A DNA stretch of 37,210 nucleotides from contig JBFFNJ010000002.1 of the NCBI GenBank assembly GCA_041563215.1, positions 1 to 37,210 of the forward strand, in the 5' to 3' direction. The notes under the pieces were generated by a model. That model had not been told where the DNA came from. It saw only the letters and a program-made list of their open reading frames with translations, and did no database searches. The first letter of the stretch is position 1; every line of letters begins with the position of its first letter. This DNA comes from Candidatus Deferrimicrobia bacterium (GTDB lineage Bacteria > Desulfobacterota > Deferrimicrobia > J040). The translations under genes were made by a program, and so were the position numbers. This document shows positions 1 through 7,787 of the stretch, piece by piece.

Positions 1-337
1 CCTGGAGTGCCAGGTCGGGGTAGTTCGGGTTGGCGAAAAACGCGGCTTTGTACCTCCCGCCGATGCCGAGCAGAAGGCCCGTTTCGTCTTCATCCACATC
101 GGAATTGAGAACGCCTCCACGGCCGGTAACCTCGAAGCCGCTGTGTATACCGTAGTTCCCCCCCACGAAGAGAGCGAAAAAATCATCCGAGGAGGTTATC
201 CCCAGCTTCCCTTTCCACTTCCCCTGGTCGGAGATGGCGGCGGTGTCGAAGTTGTTCAAAAAGGCACGTGCCGTTGCCGGGATGATGAGAACAGAGACGA
301 GCAGAACACAAAGGAGCAAACAGTTTTTGGCCTTCAT
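1..337 (-). CDS. Secreted protein with N-terminal signal peptide, possibly beta-barrel or outer-membrane-like. Partial: the C-terminus runs off the window start.
   Basis: Minus-strand ATG at 337-335 is preceded by GGAGGA (revcomp of 343-348). The translation MKAKNCLLLCVLLVSVLIIPATARAFLNNFDTAAISDQGKWKGKLGITSSDDFFALFVGGNYGIHSGFEVTGRGG... stays open to position 1. It has a hydrophobic h-region plus an A-x-A-like cleavage site. Alternating aromatic/Gly-rich segments are typical of beta-strand proteins. It is missing from the ORF track because it has no stop inside the window. Confidence 0.55.
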   Translation of the reverse strand, partial: MKAKNCLLLCVLLVSVLIIPATARAFLNNFDTAAISDQGKWKGKLGITSSDDFFALFVGGNYGIHSGFEVTGRGGVLNSDVDEDETGLLLGIGGRYKAAFFANPNYPDLALQ

Positions 338-366
338 AAGCTTCCTCCGGAAAAATACGTAATGGC

Positions 367-385
367 ATGTTGCAAACTGCAACAT
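367..385. promoter_or_regulatory. Perfect 8-bp inverted repeat ATGTTGCA-aac-TGCAACAT between the glutaredoxin-like gene and the downstream secreted-protein gene. Could be an operator or a weak terminator hairpin.
   Basis: Read directly: 367-374 ATGTTGCA, 375-377 aac, 378-385 TGCAACAT. It lies 13 nt after the stop at 398 and 30 nt upstream of the ATG at 337. No U-run follows immediately on the minus-strand transcript. Confidence 0.35.
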
Positions 386-397
386 TTCTTATATCCC

Positions 398-610
398 TCA
401 GGTGCCTCCGTGGCCAACCGTGACCTTCTCGCCTTCGATGATGACCGGAACCTGTCTGCCGCCGGAGATTTTTACCATTTCCTTGATCATCCCGGGGTTT
501 TTCGTGACGTCAATGTACTCGACGTCGAATCCATTTTTCGCGTAATCCTCACGGGCGCGGACCGTGTAGGGTCACGTGTCCTTTCCGAAGATCCTGACCT
601 TTTCCGACAT
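398..610 (-). CDS. Glutaredoxin/NrdH/YruB-like small thioredoxin-fold protein with in-frame TGA (572-574) read as selenocysteine. Redox motif is U-P-Y-T.
   Basis: ATG at 610-608 with GGAGG 6 nt upstream. Translation: MSEKVRIFGKDT-[TGA]-PYTVRAREDYAKNGFDVEYIDVTKNPGMIKEMVKISGGRQVPVIIEGEKVTVGHGGT, stop at 400-398. The TGA sits exactly where the first Cys of the glutaredoxin CPYC motif sits, after the beta1 strand VRIFGK. The downstream GGRQVPVI..G...VG segment matches the Grx cis-Pro / beta3-beta4 region. Confidence 0.65.
547..570 (-). other. SECIS-like hairpin immediately 3' of the in-frame UGA
   Basis: Minus-strand RNA after the UGA reads C-CCUaCACGG-UCCGCGC-CCGUGAGG. That is 8 bp with one bulged A and a 7-nt G-containing loop, starting 1 nt after the UGA. 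The position is compatible with bacterial SECIS elements, but I could not score it against a SECIS model. Confidence 0.4.
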
Positions 611-812
611 ATCCGACCTCCAACGTTTATTTTCCGCCACAACCGATCACGGGAAAGGTTTTCACCGTCTCACGGCCCCCGCCGCACTGCACAGCGCTCA
701 GATTGTGCCCGCAATCCTTTGCTTTTCGACCGGCAGGTTTACCGCGCAGCCGAAAAGGCGCTCGCCAATAAGCCGGGTTAGTAGCAATTATATATCAAGG
801 GGTGATCTATTT

Positions 813-1805
813 TTAGAAAAATCGTGCCCCCATCATGTGAAGGCGCTTTATGCGCTCTTCGATGGGAGGGTGTGTGGAGAAGAGGAACCGGTCGCCGAAA
901 CGGGTTGCCGGGGATGGGTTCAGAATGAACATGTGTCTCGTTGCCCTGTTGACCCCCTCGATCCGGGACCCGATGCGTGTCGTCTTGCGAAGTGCCGATG
1001 CCAGTGCCGACGGATTGCGTGTCATCTGTACCGCCCGGGCGTCGGCGAGGAACTCCCTCTTCCGCGATATGGCGAAACGGAGGATGGTCACGATCAGCGG
1101 CGAGAAGAGCGCGAGAAACAGGGCCGGTACAACGAGCCCGATGGAAAGGCGTGCCCTCCGGGAAAAGAGGCCGATCTTGAGAAAAAGGTCTGAAACCATG
1201 ACGACCGAGCCCACGAAGACGGAGAGAAAGAGGAAGTACCTGGTGTCCCTGCCGAGGATATGGGACACTTCGTGGGCCAGGACACCCTGGAGCTCCTCCC
1301 TGGTCAGGTTGCTGATGGCCCCTCGCGTAACGGCTATTGCGGCCTCCTTGTCGGAAAGGGCAGAGGCGAAGGCATTGATCGCGCCATCTTCGATGACGTA
1401 CACTTCCGGTGTGGTGCGCAGGCCCGAAGCGATTTTCAGCTCTTCGATAATGTTCGTGAGGAGCGTCTCCGTTTCGGCGTCGGCTTTCCTCGCGCTGTTT
1501 ACGAGGAGGGGAATCTCCTTCCCGGAGGTCATCGTGACGATGGCGAGGACCGCCAGGATGGACAGGGCGAGCATGACACCGGCAATGGTATGGCCCTGCG
1601 CCGCTCCGGTGACGTAGCCAACGAGGACTGCCGTTACGACGAGGGCTGCCGTCAAAAGGTACGAGGACCTCCTGTTTTGCTCGATCGCATCGTGGAAGGT
1701 GACCTTCTCGAGGGGCATCCTGTTAGCCGAACAAAAGGGGCATTCGGAAGGGGAGGCGGAAACAGCTCCGCCGCATCGATGACACTTTGTGCCCTGGACA
1801 GCCAT
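813..1805 (-). CDS. M48-family zinc metallopeptidase (HtpX-like) with N-terminal zinc-ribbon and transmembrane segments
   Basis: 330-aa ORF. HEVSHI (HExxH) zincin motif. N-terminal CHRCGG...CPFC pair. Several hydrophobic helices. The start lies 8 nt downstream of the LemA stop. Confidence 0.9.
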   Translation of the reverse strand: MAVQGTKCHRCGGAVSASPSECPFCSANRMPLEKVTFHDAIEQNRRSSYLLTAALVVTAVLVGYVTGAAQGHTIAGVMLALSILAVLAIVTMTSGKEIPLLVNSARKADAETETLLTNIIEELKIASGLRTTPEVYVIEDGAINAFASALSDKEAAIAVTRGAISNLTREELQGVLAHEVSHILGRDTRYFLFLSVFVGSVVMVSDLFLKIGLFSRRARLSIGLVVPALFLALFSPLIVTILRFAISRKREFLADARAVQMTRNPSALASALRKTTRIGSRIEGVNRATRHMFILNPSPATRFGDRFLFSTHPPIEERIKRLHMMGARFF

Positions 1806-1813
1806 GGATCAGA

Positions 1814-2371
1814 TCAGTTGCCAGGTACGAGATCGACCCTGATCCTCTGTTCCCTCTCGCCCCCCGTGTCGAAGTAGACCTCCTTTTCGTAGTTGAACAG
1901 CGAGCCGATGAGGTTCGAAGGGAATTTTTCGAGCTTTGTATTGTACGCCATCACACAGTCGTTGTAGAACTGGCGTGAATAGGCGATGCGGTTTTCCGTG
2001 GAAGTCAGCTCCTCCTCGAGATCCGTGACTGCCCTGTTCGCCTTGAGATCGGGGTAGCTCTCCACGACGGCGAAGAGCGACTTGAGGGCATCGGTCAGGA
2101 GGGCCGACGACTCGGCCTTCTCTTTCGGGCCCTTTGCCTGGGTAACCATGCTCCTGGCCTGTATCACCCGCTCCAGCGTATCCTTTTCGAAGCTCATGTA
2201 ATCCTTGACCACCTCGACGAGGTTGGGGATCAGGTCTATTTTCCGCCGGAGCTGGACGTCGATCTGGTGAAACGAGTTCCTGATCCTGTTTTTCATGCTC
2301 ACGAAGGCGTTGTAGGTGAGGATACCCCACCCGACTCCTGCCACGATGAGCAAAAGGGGTACATAATGCAT
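1814..2371 (-). CDS. lemA: LemA family membrane protein
   Basis: 185-aa ORF with an N-terminal TM helix. YNAFVSMKNRIRNSFHQIDVQLRRKIDLIPNLVEVVKDY and NRIAYSRQFYNDCVMAYNTKLEKFPSNL are typical LemA blocks. It forms the common LemA/peptidase pair with the next gene. Confidence 0.9.
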   Translation of the reverse strand: MHYVPLLLIVAGVGWGILTYNAFVSMKNRIRNSFHQIDVQLRRKIDLIPNLVEVVKDYMSFEKDTLERVIQARSMVTQAKGPKEKAESSALLTDALKSLFAVVESYPDLKANRAVTDLEEELTSTENRIAYSRQFYNDCVMAYNTKLEKFPSNLIGSLFNYEKEVYFDTGGEREQRIRVDLVPGN

Positions 2372-2552
2372 GCCGGACCTCCTCGCACACGATTATTTTT
2401 CCTCTCCTTTTTCATCGCTCATTTACCGCAAAAGTTTAATGGTTTCGGGACTCTCTTCGATCGTCTGCCCCTTGTGCATGCAAAATGCCGCCGCCGGGCA
2501 GAAATCCTCGTATCGAAGGAGCGCTCCCCCTCTCTTTTGTTCACGCCGAAAC

Positions 2553-2561
2553 TGGTATAAT
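2553..2561 (+). promoter_or_regulatory. Possible extended -10 promoter element (TGgTATAAT) upstream of the U32-family gene
   Basis: tgg at 2553-2555 and TATAAT at 2556-2561, about 30 nt upstream of the ATG at 2591. No good -35 hexamer at 17-nt spacing. Confidence 0.3.
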
Positions 2562-2590
2562 TTAAATCCTTGGGAAGATGGGAGCGCCCC

Positions 2591-5002
2591 ATGCAGAAGA
2601 GAACGAAAGAGTCAGGCAGGAGGCACAGGAGGGGGCAGAGGAAGGATACGCCCCCCCCCGCAAAGAAGCGGCAAAAGAAGAGAGAGCCATTTTCCGGCAA
2701 GCCGGAGCTGCTGGCTCCCGCGGGGAACCTGGAGAGCTTCTTTTCCGCCCTTGACGCAGGAGCAGATGCCGTATACATCGGGCTTCCCCGCTTCAACGCG
2801 CGGATCAGGGCCGATAACTTCTCCATCCCCGACCTTGCGAAACTGATTCCCTGTGCCCACAAACGGGGCGCACGGGTTTACGTAACGGTGAACACCCAGG
2901 TCCTCGAGGAGGAGCTCCCCTCTTTTATCGACCTCGTCTCGGCGGCATCCCTTTACTCTCCCGACGCATTTATCGTGGGAGACCTCGGCGCCCTGGAGAT
3001 ACTGAGGACCCACTTCCCATCCGCCGAAATCCACGCAAGCACCATGATGGGGAACTTCAACTCGAGGATTCTAGATGTATATGCCGGACTGGGCGTGCGG
3101 CGGGCAATCCTCGAGAGGCATCTCGACCTCGAGCAGGTCAGGGAAGCTGTCAGGAGAAGCCCCATCGACGTGGAGCTGTTCGTTCACGGCGCCATGTGCT
3201 TTTCCTACTCGGGGAGGTGTCTCTTTTCCAGCTACCTCGGTGGAAAGAGCGGAAACCGCGGGGAGTGCGTGCAGCCCTGCAGGCGGGTATTCAGGGACAA
3301 GAGGCGCAACCGTGAGGCATCCTTCTTTTCTGCGAAGGATCTCTCCCTGATGAGGATGCTGCCCGGGCTGATGAAGCTCGGGGTGCGGGCTTTCAAGATC
3401 GAGGGAAGGATGCGGGGAGCCGAGTACGTTCACGATGTGGTATCGGCCTACCGGAAGGCGATAGACAAAATTTACGCGGGGCAGGCCGAAGAGGGTGTTT
3501 TCGAGGGCGAGGCGATGCTCGAGGGGGTGATCGGGCGGGAATCGGCAGGGGGGGTGATCTCCGGCGAAGACGAGACGAGCACGGTTACCTCTGAGACGGC
3601 GGGAGCCGTGGGGGAGTTTATCGGGAAGATCTCTGCCCAGCGCGGACCTTACGTGCTGGTCACGAGCCGCTGTGAGCTGAAAAAGGGGGAGCGGCTGAGG
3701 GTGCAAAACCGTGTCACCGGCAGGGGAACGGGGTTTACCCTCCTCGCAATGGAGAGGAAGGACAACGAGACGTGGATCAAGGTGCCCTTTCATGTCCAGG
3801 AGGGGGACCTGCTCTACCGGGTGAGCCCGGGGCGGGAAAGGAAAAAGGCCACCGAATCTGCTACCTCCCTGTATGCGGACCTTCCCTCGTCGGGTACCCG
3901 CTTCACCGTGTTCGTTATGGGAGCCAACATAACCGTCACTGGCTCCATGGGGGACTTCAAGAAACAGTACGATTTTCGGGTCGAGGGAAAGAGAAAGGGG
4001 GCATGGATCAGCCCCGATGAGCTGGAGAAATTGCTCGCCGATTCCTACGGGGGCGACTTCCCCCTGGGCCGGGTCGTTCTGCGGGGGGAAGTACCGCCGG
4101 GAATCGTTCCCGGTGATGTGGTGCGGGTTTTTGAAAAGGCGTCGAAGAACTTCGACAAATCGCTCTACCTGGACCTGAAAAAGAGGAGGGTGTCGATCAT
4201 ATCGTCCCTGAAGATACCGGCCACCAGGAGGGAGAGGAAGCCCACGGGCCTGTACGCCGCCGTCGGGACGGTAAGGGAGGCGAAGGTGGTAGGGGACATG
4301 GCCGACTACGTGATCGTCAGCATGACCAAGAGCCTCGTGAGAGACCCGCAGGAGCTTATGTCCTTTGACAGGAGCAAGCTGATCTTTGCCCTGCCCCCGT
4401 GCCAGTCGGACGCGCTCCTGACCTTTTACCGGGGGGGCATGAAGAAAATTGCCGGCATGGGGTTTCGCACGTTTGTCGTGCCCGATGTGGGGTGGATAAA
4501 GGTGCTCCGTGAGCATGGCCTGGCTCATAAAGTACAATTGATTTCGGATCACAGCCTCTACTCTTTCAATACCGCATCGTGTAAGCTCCTCCATGGACTG
4601 GGCGTTTCCCGTTTTATTCTGCCCCTGGAAACCACGTTCAAGAATCTTTTGAAAGAGGCGAAATTTCTGCGGGGACTCGGGATATTCCCGGTTTTCATGA
4701 ACGTTCCCCTGATGGTGTCCCGCCTTCGTCCCTTCCGTGATGACGGAGAGCGGCTGGTGGAAAGCCGGATGGGGGAGGAATTCAGGGTGGTCACGAAATC
4801 CCGGGGAACGGCCCTGTACCCGGAGATACTCTACAGCGCCAGTGGCTACATAGACCGTTTCATGGGAATCGGCATAAGCGATTTTCTCGTCGACCTGAGA
4901 AACCTGGAACAGGGACAGCCAGCGGTTGTCCTGGACCATGTGCTGAGGGACCGGGAGATTCCCGGGACGTCCACCTTCAACCTCTTCAGGGAAAACTTTT
5001 AG
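2591..5002 (+). CDS. Peptidase-U32 family Fe-S protein (RlhA/TrhP/UbiU-type), long form with Lys/Arg-rich N-terminal tail
   Basis: The ORF track gives 2570-5002 with a TTG start. I prefer ATG 2591, which has GGGAG 6 nt upstream and lies downstream of the [33 protein letters not shown] is the canonical U32 N-terminus. The spaced four-Cys cluster C-FSYSGR-C-...-C-VQP-C is characteristic of U32 family members. Confidence 0.85.
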   Translation: MQKRTKESGRRHRRGQRKDTPPPAKKRQKKREPFSGKPELLAPAGNLESFFSALDAGADAVYIGLPRFNARIRADNFSIPDLAKLIPCAHKRGARVYVTVNTQVLEEELPSFIDLVSAASLYSPDAFIVGDLGALEILRTHFPSAEIHASTMMGNFNSRILDVYAGLGVRRAILERHLDLEQVREAVRRSPIDVELFVHGAMCFSYSGRCLFSSYLGGKSGNRGECVQPCRRVFRDKRRNREASFFSAKDLSLMRMLPGLMKLGVRAFKIEGRMRGAEYVHDVVSAYRKAIDKIYAGQAEEGVFEGEAMLEGVIGRESAGGVISGEDETSTVTSETAGAVGEFIGKISAQRGPYVLVTSRCELKKGERLRVQNRVTGRGTGFTLLAMERKDNETWIKVPFHVQEGDLLYRVSPGRERKKATESATSLYADLPSSGTRFTVFVMGANITVTGSMGDFKKQYDFRVEGKRKGAWISPDELEKLLADSYGGDFPLGRVVLRGEVPPGIVPGDVVRVFEKASKNFDKSLYLDLKKRRVSIISSLKIPATRRERKPTGLYAAVGTVREAKVVGDMADYVIVSMTKSLVRDPQELMSFDRSKLIFALPPCQSDALLTFYRGGMKKIAGMGFRTFVVPDVGWIKVLREHGLAHKVQLISDHSLYSFNTASCKLLHGLGVSRFILPLETTFKNLLKEAKFLRGLGIFPVFMNVPLMVSRLRPFRDDGERLVESRMGEEFRVVTKSRGTALYPEILYSASGYIDRFMGIGISDFLVDLRNLEQGQPAVVLDHVLRDREIPGTSTFNLFRENF

Positions 5003-5010
5003 GGGGGCAT

Positions 5011-7044
5011 GTGAGTTCCTTCAAGGAAAGGGTATCACGCATAAGGAACATCGGCATTATCGCACATATCGATGCCGGCAAGACAACCCTCACGGAGAGG
5101 TTCCTCTACTACTCGGGGATCAGTTACAAGATAGGGGAAGTCCATGACGGGGAGTCGCAGATGGACTACCTTCCCCAGGAAAAGGAGCGGGGTATCACCA
5201 TAACCGCTGCTGTCACCCAGTTCCCCTGGAAGGGCGCCGAGATTCACCTCATCGACACGCCGGGACACGTGGATTTCACCATCGAAGTGGAGAGGTCCCT
5301 CAGGGTCCTGGCGGGAGCGGTAGCGGTGTTCTGCGCCGTGGGAGGCGTCGAGCCCCAGTCCGAGGTGGTGTGGAATCAGGCGGTGAAGTTTGGTGTACCC
5401 ATGATAGCCTTCGTCAACAAAATGGACAGGCCGGGGGCCGATTACCTGAAGGTGATGGGGGAGATGAGGGAAAAGCTGGGAGCAAATCCGGTGATCGTCA
5501 CCATCCCCATCGGGTCGGAAGAGTCCTTCCGGGGGGTCATCGATCTGGTGAACATGGAATCCCTCTCCTTTGATGATTCCGACCTGGGCAGGACCGTAAC
5601 GCGGGGGGAAATACCCGTCGAGATGATGGAGGAGGCGGCAAAGCAAAGGGAGAGGCTCGTCGAGGCTGCAGCAGACGCTGACGATGAGCTTGCGGAGCGT
5701 TACCTCGAGGGGAGGGAAATTGACGCGGATCTTTTGAAGAGGGCGCTCCGGACCGGGACGATTGCGGGGAGGTTTCATCCGCTTTTCGGGGGCTCCGCGC
5801 TCCGCAACAGGGGGGTGCAGCCGGTTATGGACGGGATCGCCGACTTTCTTCCCTCGCCGGTGGAGGCCCGGCCGATGAAAGGAAAGAATCCCGATACCGG
5901 CCTGGAGATAACGCGGTCCCCTGACATATCCGAGCCTTTCTCCGCCCTTGCCTTCAAGGTGATCATGGAAGAGGGAAGAAAAACGGTTCTTCTGCGGGTC
6001 TACTCGGGGGAGATCAGGGAGGGTTCGGTGGTGAAAAACATCCGGACGGGAGAGCGGGAGAAAGTGGCGAGGGTCTTCAGGATGCACGCGGGAAAAAAGG
6101 AGAGGATGACAGGGGGGCAGCCCGGCGATATCGTCGCCGTGAGGGGGCTCAAGAACGTCGGCACGGGGGACACGATATGCGCTCCTGAAGACCCCATCGA
6201 ATACGAGCCGATAGAGGTGAGGAAGCCGGTCATCTCCGTCACCCTCGAGCCGGCCAGGATCAGCGACATCGAGAGGCTGAAAGAGGTGGTGTGGAAGATA
6301 ACGGAAGAGGACCCGACCCTGCAATTCAAGGAGGATGAGGAAACGGGCCAGCTCATCCTTTCGGGAGTTGGTGAGCTGCAGCTCGACGTGAGCGTCGACA
6401 AGATGAACCGCTTCTACGGTGTAACCGCGAAGATGGGACGGCCCGAGGTGCTCATGCGGGAGACGGTTGGAGGCGTGGGAATCGGAGAGGGGGCCTTCGA
6501 GCGGGATATCGAGGAGAAGCGCTACTCGGCCATTGTGAAGGCGCGCGTTTCGGCACGGGACAGGGGAAGGGGGATAAAAATCGAGCTCGGTGACAAGGTG
6601 GCCTTGCTGGCCGATTCCGCAAAAGAGGCCGTGGTCCTCGGCATCAGGGAGGGGTCCGGCTATGGTGCCTTCGGGTACCCGGTCGAAGATATCCTGGTCG
6701 AGGTTCTTTCCGTCGAATTCCCCCATTCGGCCCACCTGCCCCAGATCACCAAGGTGGCCAGTGCCGGGGCCTTTCTCGAAGCGTACAGGTCTGCCGGGCC
6801 CGTGCTCCTCGAGCCGATCATGCAGATAGAGATAACGGTGCCGGAAGAGTTTCTCGGGGGGGTCATAGGGGATTTTTCCGCACGGAGGGGAAAGGTCGAG
6901 TCGGTGGACAAGAGGGTGGGCTTCTCGGTGATATCAGGGACCGTTCCCCTGAAGACCATGTTTGGCTATGCCACGGACTTACGGTCTCTCAGCCAGGGGC
7001 GCGGTGCCTTTACGATGAAATTCTTGACCTTCGACTGCGTGTGA
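5011..7044 (+). CDS. Elongation factor G paralog (EF-G2-like translational GTPase), not in an str-operon context
   Basis: 677-aa ORF with a GTG start whose SD (AGGGGGG, 5001-5007) overlaps the U32 stop codon. G1 [10 protein letters not shown]3 DTPGHVDF, G4 NKMD. The full five-domain length ends with GRGAFTMKF. The switch region [22 protein letters not shown] diverges from canonical EF-G. Confidence 0.9.
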   Translation: MSSFKERVSRIRNIGIIAHIDAGKTTLTERFLYYSGISYKIGEVHDGESQMDYLPQEKERGITITAAVTQFPWKGAEIHLIDTPGHVDFTIEVERSLRVLAGAVAVFCAVGGVEPQSEVVWNQAVKFGVPMIAFVNKMDRPGADYLKVMGEMREKLGANPVIVTIPIGSEESFRGVIDLVNMESLSFDDSDLGRTVTRGEIPVEMMEEAAKQRERLVEAAADADDELAERYLEGREIDADLLKRALRTGTIAGRFHPLFGGSALRNRGVQPVMDGIADFLPSPVEARPMKGKNPDTGLEITRSPDISEPFSALAFKVIMEEGRKTVLLRVYSGEIREGSVVKNIRTGEREKVARVFRMHAGKKERMTGGQPGDIVAVRGLKNVGTGDTICAPEDPIEYEPIEVRKPVISVTLEPARISDIERLKEVVWKITEEDPTLQFKEDEETGQLILSGVGELQLDVSVDKMNRFYGVTAKMGRPEVLMRETVGGVGIGEGAFERDIEEKRYSAIVKARVSARDRGRGIKIELGDKVALLADSAKEAVVLGIREGSGYGAFGYPVEDILVEVLSVEFPHSAHLPQITKVASAGAFLEAYRSAGPVLLEPIMQIEITVPEEFLGGVIGDFSARRGKVESVDKRVGFSVISGTVPLKTMFGYATDLRSLSQGRGAFTMKFLTFDCV

Positions 7045-7132
7045 GTGATGGGGGTCCCGTGCTTTTTCGGGAGGGTGAAACTGCGAAGGACAGGCGGTTT
7101 TTTTATATAATTAATTGTTAGGGAGGATGTGC

Positions 7133-7363
7133 ATGAAAAAGGATAGCAAACAGGTCAAGCCCGAGTCTACGCTTTACGAGGTCATCCAGAAGTTTCCCCC
7201 TCTGCGCCGAAGGATCGGCGAACTCTTCGGCAAGAGGTGCCTTACCTGCCCGAGTTCGAAGAAGGAGACGATAGCCTACACGGCGTTCCACAAAGGCCTT
7301 GACCCCGATGTGGTGGTTCGAGACCTGAACAGTATCCTGGCGGGACAGAAGAAGGGCAAGTGA
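7133..7363 (+). CDS. DUF1858-type small protein (hybrid-cluster-protein-associated redox disulfide domain)
   Basis: ATG at 7133 with GGGAGGA 5 nt upstream. The track start 7115 is an upstream TTG. The 76-aa protein carries TLYEVIQKFPPLRRRIGELFGKRCLTCPSS, matching the DUF1858 pattern with a C-x2-C. Confidence 0.7.
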   Translation: MKKDSKQVKPESTLYEVIQKFPPLRRRIGELFGKRCLTCPSSKKETIAYTAFHKGLDPDVVVRDLNSILAGQKKGK

Positions 7364-7385
7364 AGCCGGGTGGAGGGTAGGACCC

Positions 7386-7781
7386 CTGGACATCATCGCG
7401 AAAATAGCAGAGGAGAGGATCAAGGAGGCAATCGAGAGGGGGGATTTCAAGAATCTCCCCGGCAGGGGAAGGCCCCTCGTGATCGAGGACCTCTCCATGG
7501 TTCCCGAAGAACTGAGACTCTGCTACAAGGTGCTGAAAAATGCCGGCCTCCTTCCCCCCGAGCTGGAACTCAGGAAGGAGATAGCCACGCTGGAGGCGCT
7601 CCTTACCACCGTAGACACCGAGAGGGATCTCGAGAGCACGATTTCGATGCTCAATGAGAAGATCCTTCAGTTGAACATCCTCGAGAAGAGATCTCTGCCG
7701 CTGGAAAAAAAGCAGTACTATGTCGGTGCCCTCAGAAAGCGGCTGAACATCCCCCCCCGCGCAGAAAAGAAGCGGGGATAA
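7386..7781 (+). CDS. DUF1992 (DnaJC28-like conserved domain) protein, proposed CTG start
   Basis: The frame is open from 7329. The conserved family N-terminus IAEERIKEAIERGDFKNLPGRGRPL is encoded at 7404-7478, upstream of the first canonical start (GTG 7479 in the track). CTG at 7386 has GGAGGG (7372-7377) 8 nt upstream. Confidence 0.7.
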   Translation: MDIIAKIAEERIKEAIERGDFKNLPGRGRPLVIEDLSMVPEELRLCYKVLKNAGLLPPELELRKEIATLEALLTTVDTERDLESTISMLNEKILQLNILEKRSLPLEKKQYYVGALRKRLNIPPRAEKKRG

Positions 7782-7787
7782 ACAATC

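Noticed and set aside
611-812. A roughly 200-nt gap upstream of the selenoprotein candidate, checked for tRNA-Sec (selC) and for a second TGA-containing mini-ORF. The mini-ORF would start at a TTG and read ...GTI-TGA-ALCSAAG, which is a UxxC-like string.
   Set aside because: There is no cloverleaf, no UCA anticodon loop and no T-loop. The mini-ORF would be only about 38 codons, has no SD and no recognisable fold on either side of the TGA, so the UxxC pattern is most likely chance.
3071-4939. A very long antisense ORF (622 aa) opposite the U32 gene. Similar long shadow ORFs occur at 5035-6735, 9675-10832, 12545-13495, 12777-13763, 14023-15747, 17186-18214, 25680-27233 and 27400-28734.
   Set aside because: Each lies opposite a gene with clear family motifs. 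Their translations are Arg/Pro/Gly/His-rich low-complexity strings with no recognisable motifs, and they lack SD sequences. This is the typical stop-codon-poor antisense frame of a GC-rich genome.
5011-7044. Whether the translational GTPase could be SelB, given the nearby selenoprotein candidate.
   Set aside because: Its length, the G' insertion and the C-terminal domains IV-V (ending GRGAFTMKF) are EF-G-like. SelB lacks these and instead has winged-helix SECIS-binding domains.
7370-7657. A GTG-initiated 95-aa ORF overlapping the DUF1992 gene in another frame, considered as an alternative explanation for the missing start.
   Set aside because: The translation (MEGRTPGHHRENSRGEDQGGNREGG...) is Arg/Gly-rich with no family resemblance. 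The other frame carries the complete DUF1992 signature.
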